24,559 bases of DNA from a virus (taxonomy: Duplodnaviria; Caudoviricetes). The position numbers were made by a program, and so were the translations under genes. Below the pieces are notes generated by a model that saw only the letters and a list, made by a program, of their open reading frames with translations, made no database searches and was not told where the DNA came from. Shown piece after piece: positions 1-9,600 of this stretch (within the stretch, counting starts at the first letter, position 1; each line of letters opens with the position of its first letter). The DNA is taken from the IMG/VR virus record IMGVR_UViG_3300025084_000215, positions 1 to 24,559 of that record, one strand, 5' to 3'.

Positions 1-199
1 TTGTGTGGGACATATCAGGCCCGCCTTTACCGTAAATACCTGCTTTGCGTCTTGCGGCATTAAGCTCAGATCTGTATTCACGGTTCTCGCTTGTCTTGTT
101 TCTCTGCCGTTGTGCAGCATTCTTTTTGGCGCGAGCTTTAGGGTTTTTGGCGTAATAGCGGGCACTCTTCCCAGGGTTTGAAGAGACCTTAGGTGCCAT
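1..199 (-). CDS. Basic phage protein, 3'-truncated by the window edge; possible minimal HNH/His-Me-like protein
   Basis: Manual translation from ATG at 199: MAPKVSSNPGKSARYYAKNPKARAKKNAAQRQRNKTSENREYRSELNAARRKAGIYGKGGPDMSHT..., open to base 1. The ATG overlaps the upstream TAA (TAATG). Not in the ORF track because it is partial. Confidence 0.7.
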   Translation of the reverse strand, partial: MAPKVSSNPGKSARYYAKNPKARAKKNAAQRQRNKTSENREYRSELNAARRKAGIYGKGGPDMSHT

Positions 200-285
200 T
201 ACTTCTTACCTTTATTTTTAGGGGGTGTAGCTTTTTTTGGGGGACGGCCTTTTTGAGTACCGTAAGTTCCTTTACCTTGAGGCAT
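199..285 (-). CDS. 28-aa Lys/Gly/Pro-rich peptide (MPQGKGTYGTQKGRPPKKATPPKNKGKK)
   Basis: AAGGAG Shine-Dalgarno about 6 nt upstream of the ATG. Its stop overlaps the next ATG (TAATG). It fills the gap exactly. Below the ORF-track size cutoff. Confidence 0.7.
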   Translation of the reverse strand: MPQGKGTYGTQKGRPPKKATPPKNKGKK

Positions 286-295
286 TGTTTTCTCC

Positions 296-421
296 TTATT
301 TTTTCTTTTTAGGGAAACCTTTTTTCATGTTGCTATAAGCCTTAGGAGATACTGTTGAGTTCTTTTTAGAACGTGAAGTACCTGCCTTTTTACGCTTATT
401 TATATTGCGATAAAGACTCAT
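296..421 (-). CDS. 41-aa Lys/Arg/Ser-rich peptide (MSLYRNINKRKKAGTSRSKKNSTVSPKAYSNMKKGFPKKKK)
   Basis: The ATG overlaps the stop of the small terminase gene (ATGA). Its stop TAA runs into the SD of the next ORF. Confidence 0.7.
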   Translation of the reverse strand: MSLYRNINKRKKAGTSRSKKNSTVSPKAYSNMKKGFPKKKK

Positions 422-666
422 GAGATTTCGGTCTGTATATCTTCAAATGAAAGTTCAGGAATAAGCCCCAGCAAATCTGCCAAGGGGCTTTCATCAACAG
501 GAATCCCTGTAATGCCGTTAGTTTTTAGCCACTCACAAGCAGCACGGAGATCAGCAGTAGAGGATTCACCGGCCTTGATACGTGAAATAAATTCAGAGGT
601 AACAAGGCCGTGAAGAGTCTCAAACTGCTCCTCGGTGCCCATGTTGGTTTGTTCTTTTTTAACCAT
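418..666 (-). CDS. gp18: Terminase small subunit (DNA maturase A, T7 gp18-like)
   Basis: 82 aa with the pattern EEQFETLHGLVT.EF..RIK.GE.STADL.AACEWLKTN.I.G....SPL..L typical of cyanopodovirus small terminases. Located after the tail and lysis genes. Confidence 0.8.
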   Translation of the reverse strand: MVKKEQTNMGTEEQFETLHGLVTSEFISRIKAGESSTADLRAACEWLKTNGITGIPVDESPLADLLGLIPELSFEDIQTEIS

Positions 667-914
667 TAAAAGTTTCGCAATTTATCCAGTTTTTCCTCGA
701 TGCGGATCATGTGGCTCTCCATCTTTTCAAGAGCAACCACGAAATCACTTTTATTGACATAGTTTTGAGCGAAATACAACTCAAGTCTGTCTATGCGATT
801 ATCGAGTTCAGAAATGCGGTTATGCACAGCATTTATTCTGTTATGTAACCTATTAGCAACAGCAGAAACACCAGCAATAACAGCAATGCCTGCTGAAACA
901 CCAGCTTCAATCAT
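666..914 (-). CDS. Small protein with hydrophobic N-terminus and coiled coil; possible lysis accessory/membrane protein
   Basis: N-terminal apolar stretch (IEAGVSAGIAVIAGVSAVA) followed by heptads (ISELDNRIDRLE...MIRIEEKLDKL). Overlaps both neighbours. Confidence 0.65.
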   Translation of the reverse strand: MIEAGVSAGIAVIAGVSAVANRLHNRINAVHNRISELDNRIDRLELYFAQNYVNKSDFVVALEKMESHMIRIEEKLDKLRNF

Positions 915-1464
915 TTGCCTTAATAAGGTTAATTAGTTTTTCTGCATATACTGGATCTGTTGCATACCCTTCGGCTTTGAGAAGATAGCAACATTCTTGC
1001 CAAGTCTCAGCACGGTTTACACCACGATAAGACTTATAATCTTTATACCATTGAGTGACAAGCTCAAGGATGCAAGCGTAAATTGTAGGGTAATCTTTAA
1101 AAGAGGCCTTAATAGTTACCGCACCTGCACCATAGTCTTCCCAGGTGGTCTTGACAGTTCCTGGACCTTTAATGCCAAAAAAATTGTTTTTGCCGGAGAC
1201 GTGTTGTCCCCAAGCACTTTCAAGAGCCCATTGAGCAGCTACAACTTGTGGGAACTTAGCCCCAGCTTGAATAGCAGCCATCTCAATACCATCCCAGGTG
1301 TTAGAAATACTTTCTGGATAATACGCTGAACGCCAGAGCTTGACCCAAGTAGCGTCATCAGACAAATTATCAGGCCCAAGAACTTCTTCCAGGGCGTCGA
1401 TTGCTTTAATTTGATGGTCTAAACCTTTAAAATTAGCAAATAGGTCTATAATATTAATAGACAT
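907..1464 (-). CDS. Endolysin, GH73 glucosaminidase (FlgJ-like) peptidoglycan hydrolase
   Basis: GH73 motifs AAQWALESAWG (catalytic Glu), NNFFGIK, F..Y, and GYATDPVYAEKL. Has a separate N-terminal extension of about 50 aa. Confidence 0.85.
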   Translation of the reverse strand: MSINIIDLFANFKGLDHQIKAIDALEEVLGPDNLSDDATWVKLWRSAYYPESISNTWDGIEMAAIQAGAKFPQVVAAQWALESAWGQHVSGKNNFFGIKGPGTVKTTWEDYGAGAVTIKASFKDYPTIYACILELVTQWYKDYKSYRGVNRAETWQECCYLLKAEGYATDPVYAEKLINLIKAND

Positions 1465-1469
1465 TTTGA

Positions 1470-1649
1470 TTAGATACTACATTGACCAGTTTTGCAAGGG
1501 AAAAGCCCTCTGCGGATGATGGCTACAGCCTGGTCATCGATGTCATTATCTGTTTGTTGTGATAACTTTTCTAAGAGATCAACAATAAGGCGCTTGACTT
1601 TATCAGAAGTCAAAAAAGAGAAAAGAATTGGACGGATAAGAGTAATCAT
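1470..1649 (-). CDS. 59-aa small cyanophage-type protein (MITLIRPILFSFLTSDKVKRLIVDLLEKVIQQTDNDIDDQAVAIIRRGLFPCKTGQCSI); holin candidate by position
   Basis: Manual translation. TAATG overlap with the upstream stop, ends 5 nt before the endolysin ATG. Amphipathic helices and a TDN.IDD.AV motif. One codon under the ORF-track cutoff. Confidence 0.75.
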   Translation of the reverse strand: MITLIRPILFSFLTSDKVKRLIVDLLEKLSQQTDNDIDDQAVAIIRRGLFPCKTGQCSI

Positions 1650-1885
1650 TAGTCTACTTTAGGTTCAGGTGTGTAATCAGCAGGAAGACCGCATTCTTCT
1701 TTTGCAACTACTGTTTCTTCGGCGGTTAATGCTGTAATAGTAATTGTACTATTGGATACATCATCTAGATTACATCCAGGACGCAAAGCAAAGACAGTGT
1801 TGCTTAGAATTTCAATGTCAGGACTACCGGGAAGTCCATAACCCCAGGTCTCTTTTAGACCGGTATTTTTGTAGTTGTAAAACAT
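1649..1885 (-). CDS. Hypothetical protein following the tail fibre gene (possible fibre assembly chaperone)
   Basis: 78-aa ATG ORF that fills the gap and is coupled to the downstream ORF. Function inferred from position only. Confidence 0.6.
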   Translation of the reverse strand: MFYNYKNTGLKETWGYGLPGSPDIEILSNTVFALRPGCNLDDVSNSTITITALTAEETVVAKEECGLPADYTPEPKVD

Positions 1886-1899
1886 AGTTAATTAATTAA

Positions 1900-4563
1900 T
1901 CAAAGATTTAATGGTTTCAAATGGAACCCGTTACAAGCCAACACGGCACCCTCAGTATCAACAACGCCACCGTGGTAAACATTTCCAGAAGCACCAATAC
2001 ATACCCAGTTTTCAAAGTTCTGAGCACCATCACCCATCATCACACTGACAAAAGGTTCCGGTTGTGTATTTACAGCACGCCAGCCGATAGAATTCGTGGC
2101 GTTTCCTTCAAAGTCCACATTATTATCATTTTCGATAAACAATGAAGGGTTATACGCTTTAAAGTTACCGCTTTGCCATAGTTGACCATTAGAGTCAAGC
2201 ATAAAGTGATAAGCGATAGCGCCAGTATTATAAATACCACGTCCTGCATAAACAATACAAGGATCACCAACTTTTACTAAAGTACCTACACTTTCGCGAA
2301 TAGAAGTAGTAGTATCTCCAGTACGGAATACACATTCAGCTAAATTCCAATCACTCGCAACGGAAGCAGTTGCACCAGATGTAATTGAGTTAGCCGTACC
2401 TTGCTGATTTGAGCCATTATAACCACATGAATACATACGGATAACACCAGAATCACCTCCATCAGTGATAAACCATTGCGTAGGTTTACGACTGCTACTC
2501 ATCCACATAGAAACAACCTCTTGGTTATCACTATTAATGGTTGTAGCCGCATCGTCTAGTTCAACAGGTAACGTTGCATCAACACCAACATTTGTACTTG
2601 AATGTACTCCATTGTTTGAACCATATTCTTCACGGTTGCCTAGGAAATATACTTTACCTTCAGTAGTTAAAATGTAAAACTTTGCACGGCCCCAATCAGC
2701 AGCATTGCCCATAACATGAGTTACAGCTTTACCATTAATGGCTGAACCAGTAACAGAAGTCATCTCAATTGGAGTGGAGCGGGCTGTTACTGAATTATCG
2801 CCTAGTTGTCCACTTGAATTATCGCCCCATCCCCAAAGCTTACCGTTCTCATCAATAGCATAAGCACTAACAGCACCAGCTCTGCCAAAACAGAATACAG
2901 AAACGATTGGTACACTACCAAAACTTGTAGGGTTAATACGTCTGAAAAAGTAGTTTGCAGTTGTATCACCTTGACCAAGCTGTCCTGCGTTGTTCATGCC
3001 CATTATAAATACTTCACCATCAGTACTTACAGCCATAAGATTTCCAATAGAATCGGAGGATGCAGCGGTGGCGTACATTCCATCTTTAGCGGAAAAAGCA
3101 AATTGCTTAAATTTCGGGCGAGCAGTACCAACTAATTCGGTTGAACCATCTTGGTCATAAGCAGCAATATTTTTCAGTGCTTCGTTAGCTGACCTCACCT
3201 GACCTTTGCCATCAGATCCAACATCAGTACCTCCACCAGCTTTAAATAGCATACCGTTTTCGGTAAGTACAATATTCTGATCTTTTACACGGTATTGTTG
3301 GATAATTTTTGGTGTTGAAAATATATTATAGCCTAGGTCATTATTCTCCAGGTCAGTCAGAAACTTTGCATCAACGGTATTACCAGCAACGGCGGCTCTA
3401 AAATGCTGGGGCAAAGACATTTGAGCAGTGTAAACTCCACTGCTTCTTGTACCTACAGCTGATTGCGGCCCCCCAATCGCTTCTGCACCATAAGTTGAGC
3501 CTGCGGTAGTAACATTGTAAAAACGGCCCCAACTATAAGTTTTACCGTTTTTTGCAACAACAGACTGGGCATGAAAGGCAGTCTCACCAGGAGTGTTGCC
3601 ACCAATGCCACCACGACCATATTCAGGATGTTGTTGGATAGCAAGAATACCAGCTGTTTGTGTATTGCGGTAGTCGTTGGCACACCGGAAGCCAAGGTTA
3701 GATTCAATTTCTGGTTCACCATAACCAGGGACAAGCGCAAGATTATTTACAGTAATAGTAATTACATCAGTGCCACTATTTTCATTACGAATTACAAGAG
3801 AAGAAGGTGATGCTAAATTTAGAGTAAGTTTAAGATCCCCTCCATTTGTAACAAAAGCTGGAACTGTAGGTACACGTCCCCCCGCGTTTGCGATGTTGTA
3901 AGCCGCATCATTTGGATCTTTTACTGAATAAGTCTCTCCATCTGCAGGGAAAGTAATCGTATAACTACGGTTACGCGATAGATTAATAGCACCATTGGCT
4001 GCATCAGTGCCATAAACATTAGTAGCATCATCTCCATCAGTAACAATACCTGTATAAGGGACTGAAGTACCGACAGAGTACGTGAGGTTTGCAGGGATGC
4101 TGTGATTAGGTTGTTCTAAAACTGTAAGAACATTATTTTTGTCCCCAACAGGAAGACGTGCGCTGTTATTACCCGCATCTCTGAAAACAATGTCACCAGC
4201 AGTGGTGAGCACATTAGAAGCAGGTGCTGGTGTCAGTAAATCCCATAGAGCAGAGCTACTGGTAGGTTCGTTGTTCGCAGTAACAGTTTGAGTTGCAAGC
4301 CAAGTTGCACTGTTATGCGTGACGACTTCATATTTGGCATAAACATTAGTTGTAGTCCACGCAGCTCTAAAGTAAAAGCCCTGCGTCATTTCATCAAAAT
4401 CACTATTTTCATAGGGATTAGTAGTATTAGTAGCAGGAATATCAGCGGTTGCTACATAAGAAGATCCGTTGTAAAGAACAACGTCATCTGTTTCGTATGC
4501 AGTGCTGTTTGCGTATGTACCTTGCCACTGAAATTTAAGTTTGCCGAGATCAATAAGTGCCAT
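1900..4563 (-). CDS. Second tail fibre / receptor-binding protein with N-terminal W.G.Y...Y..DDVV.YNGSSYV repeats and a C-terminal RCC1/BLIP-II-like beta-propeller
   Basis: 887 aa. Two CBM5/12-like N-terminal repeats (WQGTY...YETDDVVLYNGSSYVA; RAAW...YAKYEVVTHNSATWLA). RCC1-type repeats GEVFIMGMNNAGQLGQG, GKLWGWGDNSSGQLGDN, GKVYFLGN, MYSCGYNGSNQQG. Directly follows the gp17-like gene. Confidence 0.75.
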   Translation of the reverse strand: MALIDLGKLKFQWQGTYANSTAYETDDVVLYNGSSYVATADIPATNTTNPYENSDFDEMTQGFYFRAAWTTTNVYAKYEVVTHNSATWLATQTVTANNEPTSSSALWDLLTPAPASNVLTTAGDIVFRDAGNNSARLPVGDKNNVLTVLEQPNHSIPANLTYSVGTSVPYTGIVTDGDDATNVYGTDAANGAINLSRNRSYTITFPADGETYSVKDPNDAAYNIANAGGRVPTVPAFVTNGGDLKLTLNLASPSSLVIRNENSGTDVITITVNNLALVPGYGEPEIESNLGFRCANDYRNTQTAGILAIQQHPEYGRGGIGGNTPGETAFHAQSVVAKNGKTYSWGRFYNVTTAGSTYGAEAIGGPQSAVGTRSSGVYTAQMSLPQHFRAAVAGNTVDAKFLTDLENNDLGYNIFSTPKIIQQYRVKDQNIVLTENGMLFKAGGGTDVGSDGKGQVRSANEALKNIAAYDQDGSTELVGTARPKFKQFAFSAKDGMYATAASSDSIGNLMAVSTDGEVFIMGMNNAGQLGQGDTTANYFFRRINPTSFGSVPIVSVFCFGRAGAVSAYAIDENGKLWGWGDNSSGQLGDNSVTARSTPIEMTSVTGSAINGKAVTHVMGNAADWGRAKFYILTTEGKVYFLGNREEYGSNNGVHSSTNVGVDATLPVELDDAATTINSDNQEVVSMWMSSSRKPTQWFITDGGDSGVIRMYSCGYNGSNQQGTANSITSGATASVASDWNLAECVFRTGDTTTSIRESVGTLVKVGDPCIVYAGRGIYNTGAIAYHFMLDSNGQLWQSGNFKAYNPSLFIENDNNVDFEGNATNSIGWRAVNTQPEPFVSVMMGDGAQNFENWVCIGASGNVYHGGVVDTEGAVLACNGFHLKPLNL

Positions 4564-4565
4564 AA

Positions 4566-6650
4566 TTAGATAGAGAGAATAAGATGTCCGTTAGTGTTAA
4601 ATTCAAGTTTTGGTTGACCAGCTAGAGCACCAGTAGTATGTATGATATTGTTTGAACTTAAAAAAGAATGTTGTGTGTTTTTATACACAAAATCTTTTAT
4701 AGGATATGTAGTTGTATCGGATTCCGTACTATAAGTAAGTTCTAATTTACTAGATGTTGTACGTTTGAATCCTAAAAACACTTCGCGTCCAGGCGGACTA
4801 GCCCAAGACATGTTTCCACTACCATCGGTACTTAAAACTTCACCTGCAGAACCGTCAGCTGCTGGTAAGTAGTAGGTTGTATCAACGAATGAAGCTGGTG
4901 GTTTAAACTTTAGTGTAGAGCCAGCTTTAGCAATAGAAAACCCCCTATTGGTGGTTGCAGTATTGTAAACTGAAAGATCTTGCCCTTCAATAAATTGCAG
5001 ATAAAGTTGATTATCAAAAAACAAATCTAGGCGGTCAGTGCTAAGCCTAAATTCACTTTCTATAGAATTTGCTGAAGAACCATAGTTTGATAAGGATGCA
5101 GTACCACTTGTTCCAGAACCTCTTAAAGTAGGTGTAGATCCTAAAATTACACCTGCATTAGTTATAGCTCCACAGGAAAGCGGGCCACCAATAATTTGAA
5201 CCGCACCATCATGCCCTGAAACATCATTATCTACACTAAGAGTTATGTGTCTGGCAGCGGTAATATCAATATCTGTATTAGTACCACTTGAAACAATCTC
5301 GTGTCCATTAACATCTAAATCACCACCAAGTTGTGGTGTAGTGTCAAAGACAACATCTGCTCCACCCCAAGTTGTAGTACCGCTACCATCAGTCTTTAGT
5401 ACATAACCACTTGTACCAGTATCATCAGGTAGTGTCAGCGTATAACTAGCAGCTGCACTATGTGGTGGACCTTTAATCTTGACACCGTGAGAATTATTCT
5501 CACAATTAAGAGTAATTTGACCTGAGCCGTTTGTTGAGTCACCAGTAACAACTGGTACATTCTTTGTTAGATAACGATCTTCAGGGTCATTGGCAAAATA
5601 GCTCATAAATCCCCAAAGGGATGTAGAGCTGGAATATTCAAGTCTTATACTAAGCCCAGAGGCACCAACAAATCCAGAAGGCAACCCTGTTTGGGATGAA
5701 AAAGATTCAATACCTGTACTGTCACCAACTTCAATTCGATCGCCGTCAGACGGGGATAAGCCGCCAATGCCAGCAACATTTGAAACAAGGGTGAAGGAAA
5801 CAGCTAGAGAAGCGGCAGCACTAGCTGCATTGGCTGTAATAACAGCAGCAGACGCATTAGTGTCAGCTTGACCCGCTGTAGTATTAGCAGCGTTGGCTGT
5901 TGTGACAGCTGCTGCTGCATCTGTAGCTGCTGAATCGGCTGTTGTGACAGCATTAGAAGCTGAAGCTTGAGCAGCATTAGCTGTAGTAACAGCAGAAGCC
6001 GCTGTTGTATTAGCATTTGAAGCTGAAGTAACAGCACTATCAGCTGTTGTATTAGCTGTAGCAGAATCTGTTAAAGCGGTGTTGGCTGTAGTAACAGCAG
6101 CGGTACTATTAGTAAGTGAAGTATTAGCCGTTGTGACTGCTGTTGCCGCATCAGAAGCTGCAGTAGTTGCTGTTGTATTAGCAGTATTAGCTATGGAAAC
6201 AGCAGAATTGGCATTAGATGACGCTGTATTAGCAGTCTGAGTTGCTGCATTTGAAGTTACAACCGCAGCTGCACTATCTGTTAATGCAGTCTCAGACTTA
6301 GCAAGTGCTGCTGCAGACTCAGTAGTGGCCTCACCAGCTTCACGAATAACCTCTTGGGCAACATATAAAGACTGAGTAAAATTACTATTTAGATCTTGTG
6401 CCCGGATTGATGAGCCCGGAAAGAATTCGGATGCAATGGTATCAGCATCCGTATCACGTCTAATAGCAACAACAGCCCCCGTAGTAGGAGCTGTGTTTAA
6501 TTCAACTGTAGTGGCGTTGGCAAATGTAAATAAAGTTGTGTCTGTGCCATCAATGGCAACCTTAAGGTCGCTTTGAGCAATATATTCAATTGTAAACGGG
6601 AACAGGACTTGGCCTGCCCCAGAAGTAAATGATTCAATTGTAGTAGCCAT
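4566..6650 (-). CDS. gp17: Tail fibre protein (T7 gp17-like N-terminal attachment domain)
   Basis: N-terminus FPFTIEYIAQSDLKV...IRRDT...FFPGSSIRAQDLNSNFTQSLYVAQE matches the T7-type fibre anchor. Followed by an Ala/Thr coiled-coil stalk and fibre modules (LP..G..G.VL.TDGSG..W twice; DTTPQLGGDLDVNG). Confidence 0.88.
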   Translation of the reverse strand: MATTIESFTSGAGQVLFPFTIEYIAQSDLKVAIDGTDTTLFTFANATTVELNTAPTTGAVVAIRRDTDADTIASEFFPGSSIRAQDLNSNFTQSLYVAQEVIREAGEATTESAAALAKSETALTDSAAAVVTSNAATQTANTASSNANSAVSIANTANTTATTAASDAATAVTTANTSLTNSTAAVTTANTALTDSATANTTADSAVTSASNANTTAASAVTTANAAQASASNAVTTADSAATDAAAAVTTANAANTTAGQADTNASAAVITANAASAAASLAVSFTLVSNVAGIGGLSPSDGDRIEVGDSTGIESFSSQTGLPSGFVGASGLSIRLEYSSSTSLWGFMSYFANDPEDRYLTKNVPVVTGDSTNGSGQITLNCENNSHGVKIKGPPHSAAASYTLTLPDDTGTSGYVLKTDGSGTTTWGGADVVFDTTPQLGGDLDVNGHEIVSSGTNTDIDITAARHITLSVDNDVSGHDGAVQIIGGPLSCGAITNAGVILGSTPTLRGSGTSGTASLSNYGSSANSIESEFRLSTDRLDLFFDNQLYLQFIEGQDLSVYNTATTNRGFSIAKAGSTLKFKPPASFVDTTYYLPAADGSAGEVLSTDGSGNMSWASPPGREVFLGFKRTTSSKLELTYSTESDTTTYPIKDFVYKNTQHSFLSSNNIIHTTGALAGQPKLEFNTNGHLILSI
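5806..6330 (-). repeat. Degenerate coding repeat: Ala/Thr/Ser/Asn heptad (7/14-aa period) stalk in the tail fibre
   Basis: Recurring AVTTANTA / AVTTANAA / AVTTADSA units. At DNA level, repeated gctgttgtattagc / gctgttgtgacagc words. Confidence 0.75.
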
Positions 6651-6665
6651 AGCCTAAAGTCAAAA

Positions 6666-9600
6666 TTAATTTTGGTTAAACCTAAGTTGATCTTGTCTTG
6701 CGCTGGTTTCTTTTGCAAATTTAGCTTTACGCTCTAACGCTTCAGTCCATCTTTTAGAAAATGATCTAGATGGCTCAGTAAGACCTAGCTTCATAGTTGC
6801 GCGAGCATCATTTCCATACGCATTAGTAATACTAGAAAGTTCTCTATAGACATCTGTTGTCGAAGCATCGTCTCCACGTTCTAGTGCTTTATCAGAACTA
6901 ATTTTGTCAACTTTTGTATATTGGTCACTTTTAAAGTAATCAACAAAAGCTTTTCTAAAGTCCCCGTTTGCTGAGCGTAGAGTGTTGAACTCAGCCATTT
7001 CTTCATTTGTTAGATCAATTCCGCTGATTTCACGGTTTTTATCTTCAATATCAAAGCCCCAGTCATAAAGCTCCTTATGAACAGGGTCTGTACGATTTTG
7101 TGAGAATCGTAGTCCTAAAGGAACTGCCATATTTATAAGCCCTAACAAGTTACCACCTCCATCGCCATAACCATCTCTAGTAAGCGGTTTATCTGTAAGA
7201 GGATCCGGACGTGCAGGTAATAGACGTGATAAACCCATACCTCCATTTTTTTTAAGGAACCAAGACCAAGTAGGTTCATGACGTGCTCTATATTCTCGAA
7301 TTGTAGGGTCAATGACTTTCCCTACCTGAGAACGGAAACCTGAGTAAGGCGTAAGTCCACGGGCAATGTTTTGACCAAACCTTGCAAAATCTCTTTCTGT
7401 AGTGGCCGTTATAATTTCAGCCATTGTAGAAAGTTGAGTAAGGAATGACTTATTAACAACATTAGAGCCAATAGCCCCTACAAAACTTGCCTCTTGTTTG
7501 CCAAGACCAATAGCTCCAAGATCAGCAAACAAACCAACAATAGTTGTAGCAGGTTCTAATGCTTGATAACTAAATTCAGCACCAAACGGCAGTTTAACAG
7601 TAAAAGGCGTATTACCATCCTTACGCCATTTATCATTTAGATCACGATTAAGTGGACCCGCACCAGTGATAAAACCAGCTGCACCACCTGCGGTTGCACC
7701 AAATCCAATTACATAAGACATAGCCTCTTGGCCATCACGCATCGCCCTATAAAATGGAGTACCGTTTTTATATGCTTCGTCGTTTTTTTTTAACAAACGA
7801 GAAAGACCTGGAGTTAAATTAAATGATGCTTTTAGAATTTCAGATGGGGTTTTAACAAAAGTTAGACCCAACAGACGAGCACCAGGAAGCGATGCTACGG
7901 AGTTAAGCTTTTTGGTAACATCATCTTGCTGGCTAACAGGTTTTTGAAAAGTAAAGACACCAGCAAGCTCTTCTGCTTCGGGATCAATCAAAGTCAGTTT
8001 ATCTTCACCAAAGATTTCCAGCTCATGTTTCTTTTTAAATTGCTGGACAAGCTCACCAAATTCCTTAGAGCTAACTTCAGTCAAAGGGCGGCTTTCGCCA
8101 ATAACATCCAAGGCATCAGCAACAGCACGTTTGGTAACGACTTGACGACCAGCAACAACACGGAAATAGCTATCCACACTTCCCATAACCTTCATCATGG
8201 GCGTAAAGGCCGGTGAATTAAGAATCTTTCTCATGTTGATAGCAAAGCCATACATACTTTCCTGTGCCCAAGAAAGCTCACCTTTATCCCTTAATTCTGT
8301 AATCTTGGCCATATTTTCTGTAAGCCCCTCATCCCAAACGTTATAAGCACCGCCTTCAGGATCTAGACCTTTAACGTTATTACTCCAGATACGCTTAAAT
8401 AGATCAGTAAATTCAAGTATACTTTCGTGTGTAGCTGCCATCACAGCAGAGGCTTCTAGTCGGACAGCTCTATTGTTTTTACCAGGAATAGCAGTACCTA
8501 AAGATGCCATTAAGGGGTGACCAATAGTTTGATAGAAGTTACCCCAAAAATTTCGAAACTGAGTTTCAGGTCCAGACAAAATGGAATTAATATAGAAACC
8601 ATCTAAGTTTTTGACATTTGCTGCAAACAAAGTCTTCCAAACAGCAAGCTGCTTATCAGGCTCAGCGTGAACATAAGCCAAAGCTTTTATAGCTCTACTT
8701 AGTTCACGTGCAGCGCGTTTAGGGTTGGTTCTAATCTCATCACCCATTGCTAAAGTATTTTTATACAGAATCTCTTGTCTTGCTAACGTATCTTTTTGAC
8801 GGTTAATAAGCTCATCATAAAGTGGGTTATCTCCTGGACGTACTGGTGTAGCAAGGTTCTTATTGATAACATCAATTTCACGCAGAAGACTACCTCTAGC
8901 GCCACTATTGTTTTTAGCAAGACTAAACATAGCCAAGAAACGTGTTGTAAGACGCTCAAGGTTTACAAAAGCTTCAGGAGCACCATCTTTTGTTTGGTTA
9001 TCAATAGTTTTGGAAAGATCACTGATGTCTTGAACACTTTGTTTAATAAGAAGTGCCATTGCCGTCTGCGACTCCACAGAAAGTATTGAATACTTACCAC
9101 CGCGTACACTGTCAATTAGCTCAGGATTGGCGTCAAAAAACTCATCAACTTCGCCTAAGTCAAATGCTTTTTGCATTGACTCTTTTATTTCAAGGACTTG
9201 CTGGGACTGCATCTTGCCAATAATTTCGGCATCAGTCTTACCCATAAAACGGGGTAGTTTTGAAGCAAGATCTTTAAGGGTAGTAAAAGTATCTGAATCT
9301 TTGGAGAGTGAACGAAATTCAGATTCTGTAACCGTAGTTTTAATAGTCTTAGCTGTATTAACACCACTAACATCATCTACAGCAGAACCAAAGTCAGCCC
9401 GTGGTTGTGTTGGGATAAGTTCATCAGCATTTTTACCAGCTCTTAAAGCATTGACACGGGTTGTAGGAGCAATGGTTTCATCTGCATTCTTTACGACAGC
9501 ATCAATAGTCTCAGGAGAAAGCTCAGTAGACCCATCGGTCTTCATTTGCTCCGCTTTAGCTTTAAACTCAACATCCTTGCCATTCATTTTGGCATAAAGA

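Noticed and set aside
5806-6330. Repeats as a CRISPR array or non-coding tandem repeat
   Set aside because: They are degenerate, in-frame codon repeats of an Ala/Thr coiled coil, with no constant repeat-spacer structure.
9127-9597. Plus-strand ORFs (e.g. 9127..9597, 997..1329, 16694..17002, 20086..20475) and short out-of-frame minus-strand ORFs nested in large genes
   Set aside because: They are shadows of well-supported minus-strand genes, mostly with non-ATG starts and no recognisable motifs.
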